Part shown: positions 19,030-27,655 of the stretch, in pieces
How positions within the stretch are numbered: the first letter of the stretch is position 1
How the letters are laid out: each line of letters starts with the position of its first letter
Made by a program: the position numbers and the translations under genes
Source: an uncultured Syntrophomonadaceae bacterium
GTDB taxonomy: Bacteria; Bacillota; Dethiobacteria; DTU022
Direction: 5' to 3'
DNA length: 64,000 bases
NCBI GenBank assembly: GCA_964627855.1
Contig: CAZVLE010000047.1
Location: forward strand, 29,929-93,928
Notes under the pieces: generated by a model
Database searches by the model: none
Told to the model about the DNA's origin: nothing
What the model saw: the letters and a program-made list of their open reading frames with translations, nothing else

Positions 19030-20100
19030 ATGGATTACTCTTCGGAACGAAATCACGGCTGTAGAATCCTCGAATACACTCACAGGGGATTGACCATGGT
19101 ATCCATGGAGAACGAAATCTTAAAGATTTCGGTTCTTGCCGATAAAGGTGCTGATATAGTCGAGCTGGTACACAAACCTTCAGATATTGACTTCATGTGG
19201 AAAGCACCGGGAGGTATACGGGAAACGGCAAAACATATTCCCACCATTGCCAGTTCTCTGGGGAATAACCTCGATTATTATGAAGGGGGATGGCACGAAT
19301 CTTTACCCTGTGCCGCACCCTGTATAAATTCTGGAGCAGAACTGGGGTTGCATGGCGAAGTGGCATTGTTACCCTGGAGCTTTCATGTTGAGAGAGACGA
19401 TGTAGATCTAATATCCGTGATTTTTTCCTGTAGAACAGTCCGGTTTCCATTTCATGTCCAAAAACGTATAGTTGTAGAGAGTAATAATCCGGTAGTTTCT
19501 ATAGATGAAAGCCTGACAAATGAAAGCAGCGAAGTTATTGACTTTATGTGGGGTCAACATCCAACATTTGGAAAGCCATTTCTTGACAGCACTTGTCGCA
19601 TAGATATTCCGGCAAGCGAATTTACTGTCTGCAATAATTTTTTATCACCGACTTCTTATTTTCAGCCCGGCTATAAGGGAAAATGGCCTTTGACTGTTTC
19701 CCGTTCAGGAAAAGAAATTGATCTCAGTCGATTTCCTCCTGAGGCAGAAAAGTCCGCAGAGCTGCTTTACTTGAAGGGGCTAAATGAAGGCTGGTTTGCC
19801 ATCACCAATACTGGTCTCCGCCTGGGTATTGGAATCAGGTGGGATATCAATATCTTTCCGTATGTTTGGTACTGGAGAGTGTTGAGAGGGTTGCCTGGTT
19901 ATCCGTGGTATAGCCGTACATATAATATTGGCCTGGAACCTTGGAGCAGTTATCCGTCTGACTATGATCTGGCAAAACAAGGTGGAGCTCTAATAAAAAT
20001 TAATGGCAATGAGAGGATTGACACATCTTTTAAAGTTGTCCTTTATAGCGGCGTTGAAAAGGTGAAGAGAATAACTGAACAGGGTATGATCGAATCATAA
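19030..20100 (+). CDS. Galactose-mutarotase-fold (aldose 1-epimerase-like / DUF4432-like) protein, paralog 2
   Basis: 356 aa. It has the same N-terminus (MDYSSxRNHGCRIxEYxHRGLT) and the same motifs (FMWKAPGGIR, GLHGEV, RTYNIGLE) as 17926-18993. Confidence 0.6.
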   Translation: MDYSSERNHGCRILEYTHRGLTMVSMENEILKISVLADKGADIVELVHKPSDIDFMWKAPGGIRETAKHIPTIASSLGNNLDYYEGGWHESLPCAAPCINSGAELGLHGEVALLPWSFHVERDDVDLISVIFSCRTVRFPFHVQKRIVVESNNPVVSIDESLTNESSEVIDFMWGQHPTFGKPFLDSTCRIDIPASEFTVCNNFLSPTSYFQPGYKGKWPLTVSRSGKEIDLSRFPPEAEKSAELLYLKGLNEGWFAITNTGLRLGIGIRWDINIFPYVWYWRVLRGLPGYPWYSRTYNIGLEPWSSYPSDYDLAKQGGALIKINGNERIDTSFKVVLYSGVEKVKRITEQGMIES

Positions 20101-20131
20101 AACTTAAATAAAGTGAAGGAAGTGATAAACC

Positions 20132-21169
20132 GTGAACTCCCTTGAAAGAAGCCTTGCTGTAATAGCTCATAAAAAAGCGGACAGGGTACCTGTGATTCCC
20201 CAGGATGCACATGTGGCCGCTAAGCTCGCTGGTTATGATCATTTTGAGTTTGCCAAAGATCCCAAAAAGATTGCCAGTGCCCAGATCGAATGTTGTGAAA
20301 GATTCGGATTTGATGGCATTATCATGGGCGCTGATACGGTAGTTTTAGCTGAAGCGGTGGGTGTTGAAGTGAGGTATTCCAAAGATATCGGGCCCTCTCC
20401 AGTGGCAGGATGTCTTGATTCGTATAAAGATATTAAAAAACTAAAAGCACTTAATCCCCTTAAAGATGCCCGGTTGCCGGTATGGGTTGAAGCTACCCGG
20501 CTTCTGGTGGAAAAAGTTGGCCATGAAAAGCTAATTGTTGCCCGTGCTGATCAGGGCGCATTCAGTCTTGCCTCAATGATTCGCGGTTTTGAAAACTTTT
20601 TCATGGATCTAACCGTTGGTGAAGAAAAGGAAGCCGTTCATGAATTACTCAGGTATTGCAATGAGTGTATGTATACTTTTATTAAAGCCTTAAAATCGGT
20701 TGGAGCTCATGTAGTAACGACCGGAGATTCTATATCAGGACCAGAGGTAGTATCACCGGCTTTTTATGAAGAGTATTCATTCCCTTATGAAGTGGATATG
20801 GCAAATAGATGCAAAAAGCTGGGAATACCCTTTGCCATCCATATTTGTGGAAAAACAGATCAAATCCTGGAAAAATGGATTCAGACCGAAGCAGAAATTT
20901 TTGAGATTGATCATAAAACTGACTTTGCACTGGCGAGAAATTTGACAGTTGGAAAAGTTACACTGCTTGGTAATCTCGACTGCTCTGGAGTGATGCTAAG
21001 TGGAGCACCGGAGCTGGTTGAGCAGAAATCGAAGGAAATAATTGATATTTGTATGCCCCACAGTGGATTGATTTTGAGCTCGGGATGCTTGCTGGGAAGC
21101 AATACGCCCCCTGAAAATATGCAAGCCCTGGCTGATAGCGCCAGAAAATATGGTGTGTTTCCCGATTAA
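20132..21169 (+). CDS. URO-D superfamily protein, MtaA/CmuA-like (corrinoid-dependent methyltransferase type)
   Basis: 345 aa with the N-terminus ..KKADRVPVIPQ.. and an HxCG motif (AIHICGKT) typical of Zn methylcobamide methyltransferases rather than HemE. A later Cys occurs in SSGCLLG. The start is GTG after GAAGGAAG. Confidence 0.7.
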   Translation: MNSLERSLAVIAHKKADRVPVIPQDAHVAAKLAGYDHFEFAKDPKKIASAQIECCERFGFDGIIMGADTVVLAEAVGVEVRYSKDIGPSPVAGCLDSYKDIKKLKALNPLKDARLPVWVEATRLLVEKVGHEKLIVARADQGAFSLASMIRGFENFFMDLTVGEEKEAVHELLRYCNECMYTFIKALKSVGAHVVTTGDSISGPEVVSPAFYEEYSFPYEVDMANRCKKLGIPFAIHICGKTDQILEKWIQTEAEIFEIDHKTDFALARNLTVGKVTLLGNLDCSGVMLSGAPELVEQKSKEIIDICMPHSGLILSSGCLLGSNTPPENMQALADSARKYGVFPD

Positions 21170-21210
21170 AAAGCATTATATTATTATTAACTATAACTGG
21201 GAGTGTTATC

Positions 21211-22377
21211 ATGGAAAACTTTACATTTCACAATCCGACCAAAATCATTTTCGGAAAAGATACCGAAAATACAGTAGGCAGCGAGATTAAGCCTTACAGC
21301 GATTCAGTTTTGCTTGTTCATTCCGGAGGTGAACATTTAAAAAAGAACGGAGTATATGACAGGGTAATTGCTTCACTTGGTAATTCCGGCATAACCATAA
21401 AAGAACTTAGCGGTATCAAGCCAAATCCCCTGCTCGAGCCAGTTTATGAAGGGATAGAGCTATGTCGCAAGAATTGTCTAGATTTTGTTCTAGCCCTTGG
21501 TGGGGGTAGCGTGATCGACACTGCTAAAGCAATTGCGGCAGGTGTTCCCTATGATGGCGATGTTTGGGATTTATTTACCGGTAAAAACAGCTTTGGAGAA
21601 GCTCTTCCAACGGGAACAATTGTTACAATTCCGGCAGCAGGCAGTGAAAGTAGTAATGGTTCAGTAATAACCAATGAGAAAAGCGGTTACAAATTGGCAA
21701 TTATTGATGAAGTATTAAGACCTAAATTTGCCATATTAAATCCGGAACTTACCTTCAGCTTGCCGGCTTATCAGACTTTTTGCGGTGTTGCAGATATCAT
21801 GTCACACGTCATGGAACGCTATTTCACAAAGGTCAAGCACGTTGATTTATCTGACCGCCTATGTGAAGCTGTGCTGAGAACTGTTATCAGGAACGCTCGA
21901 ATATTATTAAAAGATCCTGCTGACTATCATGCCCGTTCAGAAATTATGTGGGCATCTACAATTGCACATAACGATCTTCTTACAGCCGGGCGGATCGGCG
22001 ACTGGGGATCTCATATGATCGGGATGGAGATCAGCGCATTATACGACAGTACACATGGTGCAACTTTGTCTGCGGTTACTGCATCCTGGATGCGTTATGT
22101 ATATAGCGAAGATTTGAACAGGTTTGTTCAATTTGCGATGCGTGTCTGGAACGCAGAGTACGATTTTGACGACCCTGTCAGGACAGCATTAGAGGGAATA
22201 AATAGTATGGAAAGTTTTTTCAAAGAAATTGGACTACCAACAAGCCTGGCTGAACTTGGTGTTGATGATCAAAGGTTGCAGGAGATGTCACAAAAGTGCA
22301 CCGAAAGAGGGAATGTAGGTGCGATAAAAAGTCTTTGTCAGGATGATATTTTTAATATTATGAAAATGGCCCTCTAA
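21211..22377 (+). CDS. Iron-containing (group III) alcohol dehydrogenase, YqhD/butanol-dehydrogenase-like
   Basis: 388 aa with the N-terminus FTFHNPTKIIFG, the motif GGGSVIDTAKAIA and conserved His residues (HVMERY, THGATL). Confidence 0.88.
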   Translation: MENFTFHNPTKIIFGKDTENTVGSEIKPYSDSVLLVHSGGEHLKKNGVYDRVIASLGNSGITIKELSGIKPNPLLEPVYEGIELCRKNCLDFVLALGGGSVIDTAKAIAAGVPYDGDVWDLFTGKNSFGEALPTGTIVTIPAAGSESSNGSVITNEKSGYKLAIIDEVLRPKFAILNPELTFSLPAYQTFCGVADIMSHVMERYFTKVKHVDLSDRLCEAVLRTVIRNARILLKDPADYHARSEIMWASTIAHNDLLTAGRIGDWGSHMIGMEISALYDSTHGATLSAVTASWMRYVYSEDLNRFVQFAMRVWNAEYDFDDPVRTALEGINSMESFFKEIGLPTSLAELGVDDQRLQEMSQKCTERGNVGAIKSLCQDDIFNIMKMAL

Positions 22378-22402
22378 GACCTGCAGTCATAGTTATTATC
22401 AG

Positions 22403-23299
22403 TTGCAATTTGCCAAAGGTCTGGTCATGTTGCTAAAAAAGTATTATCACTTGACATGGGGAGTGATGGAATTGTTACAGAAGGACGTTGCCGCCAGTAG
22501 CTTAAGAGACGCTAAGGTTGCAATAAAAACACCAACCCTGAAATCAGTAGAAAAAGCTTTTGATGTTTTGGCATGTTACACACACGACACTCCCGATTTC
22601 AGCATGAATGAATTAGCCCAAAAACTGGGAGTCAGTAAAGGCAGTATTCACCGGATCCTGATAACCGCACAAAAAAAAGGCTTTATTGAAAAAAATGATC
22701 AAACTAAAAGATATCAACTTGGCACGAAGCTTTTTGAATTGGGCAGTATAGTGATGTCGCGTACGAACTTAAGTACTGAATCTCTACCTTTTCTACGTAA
22801 TCTAACTTCTAAAACTGGAGAGACGTCTTATGTAATTATAAGAGACCAGGATGAAGCACTGTGTATTCAATCTGTTGAAGGGCACAATTACCTGCGGGTT
22901 TTATTTTTGGAAGTCGGCAAAAAAATGCCGCTTTATATCGGAGCCGGACCAAAGATAATCCTCTCTAACTTGGATGATACGGAGATAGCAGAATGGTTCA
23001 ACAGAAATCCAAACAGGGTTAAATGGACTGAACACACAGTAACCGATCAGGAATTAATATGGCAGGACATCATGAGAATAAGAAAAAGAGGTTACGCTGA
23101 AAGTATAGAAGATGTGACTGATGGAGTAACCTCAGTAGGAGCTCCGATCAGGGATGCCCAGGGCAAGGTTATCGCTGCTGTTAGCATTGGAGGGGCCAGC
23201 ATTAATTTTTCTGATAACAAGATCGAAAATCGGGTAAAAATGGTAATAGATACCGGCCTGCAAATTTCAAAAAGAATGGGCTTCAGCGGTAAAATTTAA
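22403..23299 (+). CDS. IclR-family transcriptional regulator
   Basis: An N-terminal wHTH (LKSVEKAFDVL...MNELAQKLGVSKGSIHRIL) plus an IclR effector domain. The true start is probably internal (ATG 22427 or 22466). Confidence 0.85.
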   Translation: MQFAKGLVMLLKKYYHLTWGVMELLQKDVAASSLRDAKVAIKTPTLKSVEKAFDVLACYTHDTPDFSMNELAQKLGVSKGSIHRILITAQKKGFIEKNDQTKRYQLGTKLFELGSIVMSRTNLSTESLPFLRNLTSKTGETSYVIIRDQDEALCIQSVEGHNYLRVLFLEVGKKMPLYIGAGPKIILSNLDDTEIAEWFNRNPNRVKWTEHTVTDQELIWQDIMRIRKRGYAESIEDVTDGVTSVGAPIRDAQGKVIAAVSIGGASINFSDNKIENRVKMVIDTGLQISKRMGFSGKI

Positions 23300-23346
23300 T
23301 TTCAATAAATTAATGCGCTTATTATTGCCATTAGGAGGTTTTTTAG

Positions 23347-24426
23347 ATGGAACCAGCTGTGTTTAAAAGTCCGCTGCATCAAATGACCGAAACAATGCTT
23401 ACAGACTTTTGGAATGACTCGTGCTCAATTGATGAGCTTAATTATGCCATAAATTACGGGGCGACAGGTGCAACAACAAATCCGGTTATAGTCGGAAATG
23501 TTCTCAAGGAAGAACGTGAACAATATGAAGACCGCATCATCGAAATGATCAATGCTTTCCCGAAAGCAACTGAAGATGAGTTAACCTGGAAACTGAATGA
23601 AGAAATGGCCGTTGCCGGAGCAAAATTGCTGAGGCCGGTTTATGAAGCCACTAATGGTAAAAAAGGGCGACTGTCAATACAAACTAATTCTAAATACTAC
23701 CGCAACTGGGAAAAGCTTTATGAGCAGGCGTTGCATTTCTACACACTGACGCCAAATATTCAGGTTAAAATGCCTGTAACTAAGGCTGGAATAAAGGCTA
23801 TTGAAGAAGCCACATATCATGGAGTGAGTATTAATGCAACAGTTAGTTTCAGTGTGCCTCAGGCACTGGCAGTGGCAGGAGCAGTTGAAAGAGCCCTGGA
23901 ACGACGAAAGGCGGAAAATAAGGATATTGAGAAGATGTCCCCGGTCTGCACAATCATGCTCGGCAGAATAGACGACTGGCTCAAAGATGTTGTTAAACGT
24001 GATGGTATCGAAATTAACCCGGAATACCTGGAGTGGCCCGGTGTGGCAATTATGAAAAAGGCATACGGCTTATTTCAGGAACATGGATACAGGACCCGTC
24101 TTTTAGCCGCGGCTTACCGTAATAGCTATCAGTGGACAGAGCTGATGGGTGGCGATATTGTATTGACCATGCCACATGCCTGGATTAAAAAATTCAACGA
24201 ATCAGCAGTCACTGTAGAACCTAAAATCGATACACCTGTTGATAGCAAGATTATTGACACCCTAAAAAGCCTGATTCCGGAGTTTGTCAAGAGCTATGAA
24301 CCGGAGGGAATGCAGCCGGATGAGTTTGACAGTTTTGGTGCTGTCAATAAAACATTGCGTCAGTTTCTTGCCGGATACGATGAGCTTGTCAATATGATCC
24401 GTGACTATATGGTTGTCGTTAAGTAA
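23347..24426 (+). CDS. Transaldolase-family protein (long, about 359 aa form)
   Basis: GATGATTNPVIV and a candidate Schiff-base Lys in NIQVKMPVT, consistent with the TIM-barrel aldolase class I family. The RBS is TAGGAGG. Confidence 0.8.
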   Translation: MEPAVFKSPLHQMTETMLTDFWNDSCSIDELNYAINYGATGATTNPVIVGNVLKEEREQYEDRIIEMINAFPKATEDELTWKLNEEMAVAGAKLLRPVYEATNGKKGRLSIQTNSKYYRNWEKLYEQALHFYTLTPNIQVKMPVTKAGIKAIEEATYHGVSINATVSFSVPQALAVAGAVERALERRKAENKDIEKMSPVCTIMLGRIDDWLKDVVKRDGIEINPEYLEWPGVAIMKKAYGLFQEHGYRTRLLAAAYRNSYQWTELMGGDIVLTMPHAWIKKFNESAVTVEPKIDTPVDSKIIDTLKSLIPEFVKSYEPEGMQPDEFDSFGAVNKTLRQFLAGYDELVNMIRDYMVVVK

Positions 24427-24435
24427 CCTGTTGTC

Positions 24436-25980
24436 CTAATTCCCATCAAGCCTGACCAGTTTATTGAGGCCGTTCAGGTAAGCTTTTACGCTGGCCTCGA
24501 TAATATCGGTGCTGGTTCCACGACCGGTGATGGTGCGATCCTGGTATGAAAGCTGAACCTGAACTTCCCCAAGGGCATCCCGTCCCTGGGTTACAGCGTT
24601 GATGCGATATTTTTCCAGGCCGATACTGAGTCCTGTTATTTTATTGATAGCATTATAGGCGGCGTCAATAGGGCCGGAACCGACGGCAACTTCTTCGATG
24701 GTGCTGTCATCTTCCTTCCTGAGTCGGATGATCGCGGCAGGAATGCTCTTGCTGCCGCTGACTGTCTGCAAATAATCAAGCCTGTATTTCGGTTCGGTAA
24801 AGGAGAGGTGATCGAGAACCAGGGCCTCGAGATCTTCCGGGTAGACTTCTTTTTTCTTGTCGGCAAGGTTGACAAAATGTTCATAAATCTTGTTAAGCTG
24901 TTCGCTGTCCAGGTTAAAACCGAGCTTTTTGAGCTGATCGAGAACAGCATGGCGACCTGAACGGGCAGTAAGACACATTTGCGCTGCTTTTCCGCCTATC
25001 AATTCGGCATCAATTATTTCATAGGTTTGCTTATTCTTTAGAATCCCATCCTGGTGTATACCGGATGAATGGGCAAAAGCGTTCAGACCGACAACAGCCT
25101 TATTGACAGGGATGGCTATGCGCGTCAGCTTGCTGACGAGGCGGCTGGTTCTGTAAATTTCAGGAAAATTAAGGTCGGTATAAAAGGGAAGGGAGTTCTG
25201 CCTGATTCGCAGGGCTACCGCTATTTCTTCCAGGGCGGCGTTACCGGCCCGTTCACCGATCCCGTTGATATTACATTCTATTTGTCTGGCCCCATTTTTT
25301 ACAGCTTCCAGTGAATTAGCAACGGCCAGCCCAAGATCATTATGGCAATGAACACTGATAATGACCTTTTCAATGCCTTTGACATTTTCTCGCAGGCGCC
25401 TGATCATTGCTCCGAATTCCTCCGGAATGGCATAACCCACAGTATCGGGAATGTTTAGAACGGTAGCACCTGCTTTGATCACTTCTTCGAGTAGCTTATA
25501 TAGATACTCTTCCCTGGCCCTTGTTGCATCTTCCGGCGAGTATTCAACGTCATCTGTAAAACGACGGGCATATTTAACAGCTTCCACACCCTGTTCCATT
25601 AATTGTTGCGGATCTTTTTTTAACTTATGGGTCATGTGAATATCAGAAGCGCCGAGGAAGACATGAAGCCTGGGCCTCTCTGCCTCCTTAATTGCCTCCC
25701 AGGCAGCATCTATATCGCCCTGGACAGCCCTTGCCAGGGCACATATAGTAGGACCCTTAACTTGCCTGGCAATGGCCTGTACAGCTTTTAATTCGCCTGG
25801 AGATGAGACTGGAAAACCGGCTTCAATAATATCGACATTTAAGCGAGCCAGCTGACGGGCTACCTCCAGTTTTTCCTCGTAATTCAAACGTGCCCCCGGA
25901 GTTTGCTCACCGTCACGCAGAGTACTGTCAAAAAGGTAAATTTTCTCCGCTGTATTTTCAGATCTTTTTTCTTCGCTCAT
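24436..25980 (-). CDS. leuA: 2-isopropylmalate synthase
   Basis: 514 aa with STLRDGEQTPG, HCHNDLGLA and a C-terminal LeuA regulatory/dimerisation domain. A Leu-type T-box leader lies upstream. Confidence 0.9.
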   Translation of the reverse strand: MSEEKRSENTAEKIYLFDSTLRDGEQTPGARLNYEEKLEVARQLARLNVDIIEAGFPVSSPGELKAVQAIARQVKGPTICALARAVQGDIDAAWEAIKEAERPRLHVFLGASDIHMTHKLKKDPQQLMEQGVEAVKYARRFTDDVEYSPEDATRAREEYLYKLLEEVIKAGATVLNIPDTVGYAIPEEFGAMIRRLRENVKGIEKVIISVHCHNDLGLAVANSLEAVKNGARQIECNINGIGERAGNAALEEIAVALRIRQNSLPFYTDLNFPEIYRTSRLVSKLTRIAIPVNKAVVGLNAFAHSSGIHQDGILKNKQTYEIIDAELIGGKAAQMCLTARSGRHAVLDQLKKLGFNLDSEQLNKIYEHFVNLADKKKEVYPEDLEALVLDHLSFTEPKYRLDYLQTVSGSKSIPAAIIRLRKEDDSTIEEVAVGSGPIDAAYNAINKITGLSIGLEKYRINAVTQGRDALGEVQVQLSYQDRTITGRGTSTDIIEASVKAYLNGLNKLVRLDGN

Positions 25981-26030
25981 TTTAATCTCCTCCTAATGTA
26001 ATATGAACATGAGAGTGGGGGAGAGCAATA

Positions 26031-26272
26031 AAAAAACCTTCGCCGGAGAGACGAAAGTTTATTTTCGTGGTACCACTCTTCTTGGCGGCATAACTTCTAC
26101 CACCCACTCTTTATAGTAACGGAAGCTTCCGGCCGGATCTACTCTTGACCATCAGGTGCAGGCCAGTTTCAATCGACGGTTCACGGGGGAGTTCACGGCT
26201 TTTCCGGACCGCCTCACACCAGCCGGCGGCTCTCTGGGTCGGATTCTGGGCCACTACTAGTCCCGATCATAA
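26031..26272 (-). promoter_or_regulatory. T-box leader (putative Leu specifier CUC) with terminator
   Basis: Read on the minus strand: AG bulge AGAGAG, distal loop CTGGTGTGAGG, specifier region GAA-CUC, T-box sequence GAGTGGTACCACG, then hairpin ACTTTCGTC/GGCGAAGGT plus T7 just upstream of the leuA RBS. Confidence 0.7.
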
Positions 26273-26487
26273 CCTTGTAGTATAGGGTTTTCTTAAAATG
26301 TTTACGAACTTAGATGATAGATTACAATATCAAAGTAATTTTGTCAAGCAAGTGGAAGCCTTTTTAGTGATTAGATTATTGCTATGGTCCTTGACAAAAA
26401 GAGATTGCTCATTCAGAATATAAATATAATTCCGTTTTTCTTGTTTCATGCCAGAAAAATGTCATTAAAGATCAGATATGCTTCCAA

Positions 26488-27393
26488 GTGGTGGCTGACA
26501 TGAATTCTGAAACCGGCAAAAAAACTTATTTAAACAATTCTGAGCAGCTAGCCCTCTTGCGGCAACCAAATCCGAAGGCTCCTACGGGTTTGCGAAACCT
26601 TTGCCTGATAACCCTGATGCTAAAAACCGGGCTGCGGGTGGGAGAGGTGATCAATTTAAGGGAAAAATCGATTGATTGGGTCAACGGTAAGATAACGGTG
26701 GGAGAGAGCGGTACAGCCGGTTCGCGCATGCTTTGGGTCGGCGATTCTGAACTGCGGCTCTTAGAACAATGGCGCCTCATCAAACCGCATTACAGTCAGT
26801 ATTTTTTTTCAACTCTCGATGGCAACCGGATTAAAGATCGTTATGTCAGGGAAATGGTAAAGAGATTGGCTCGCAAGGCCGGTCTTGGCAATAATATCCA
26901 TCCCAACTTGCTGCGCTCCACTTTTGCCATTGAATTTTATCGTGAATACGGTGATCTCAAACTATTGCAAAAATCACTCGGTCACAGCGATCTTTCAACA
27001 ACCAGGGCTTATGCTAAACAGGTGTTCGGCAAACATTTTGATCAGCACCCGCGAGATAATTATTCCAGGCGTAGTGGAGCTCCCTGCCTGGATAGCGATT
27101 ACTCAGGTAAGGGATTAGAATATGATAATAGAACATGCCTAGAGAAGGAAACAAGGCCCACCGGCATAACTTACAATCAGGTAGAGGCTAATAACGAAAG
27201 CAATGGAAAATCTGGCAGCCATGATGAACCGGTGATATCAGTTTTCGCAGAGCAGGGGATGGATAAAAGCGAAGTCAGCATACCGGCCTTAAAATGCAGT
27301 CAGTGCAGTTATGTCCTTCGCTACAGGGGAGATTGTCCAAGGTGCGGAACCTCTTTTATTGATATTCTAAGGCACTGGGGTCGCAATGTCTGA
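26488..27393 (+). CDS. Tyrosine recombinase catalytic domain fused to a C-terminal zinc-ribbon tail
   Basis: Catalytic residues are present: R (TGLRVGE), HxxR (HPNLLRSTFA) and H..Y (LGHSDLSTTRAYA). No N-terminal SAM-like core-binding domain is visible. The C-terminus carries CSQCSYVLRYRGDCPRCG. The start is GTG 26488 or ATG 26500. Confidence 0.75.
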   Translation: MVADMNSETGKKTYLNNSEQLALLRQPNPKAPTGLRNLCLITLMLKTGLRVGEVINLREKSIDWVNGKITVGESGTAGSRMLWVGDSELRLLEQWRLIKPHYSQYFFSTLDGNRIKDRYVREMVKRLARKAGLGNNIHPNLLRSTFAIEFYREYGDLKLLQKSLGHSDLSTTRAYAKQVFGKHFDQHPRDNYSRRSGAPCLDSDYSGKGLEYDNRTCLEKETRPTGITYNQVEANNESNGKSGSHDEPVISVFAEQGMDKSEVSIPALKCSQCSYVLRYRGDCPRCGTSFIDILRHWGRNV

Positions 27394-27655
27394 GAGAGAA
27401 GGGCCGGGATAGGTATAATTAGAGGGTCATAGAAAGCCAGATATTACTTCCGATAATGTATCTTATGTAAACTAAATAGGATCACAATAATCAGGATTGC
27501 CTGCACCAGAAGCTTTTAAGGCAAGCGCTGGCTGTTTCTCTGTTATTTTGTTTTTCATTGAGCCCTTTTTAGGTAGCCTTTCTATTGTTATAATATATGA
27601 AGTAATAAAAGTTTGATCAATTTCATGACGATTATTTTACGGAGGTTTTCTTTTT

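Noticed and set aside
23347-24426. Assigning the array to the known transaldolase-dependent sulfoquinovose (sulfo-TAL) pathway.
   Set aside because: There is no GH31 sulfoquinovosidase, recognisable SQ isomerase or sulfonate exporter. This transaldolase-like protein is the long 359-aa form. The idea is kept only as a mechanistic analogy.
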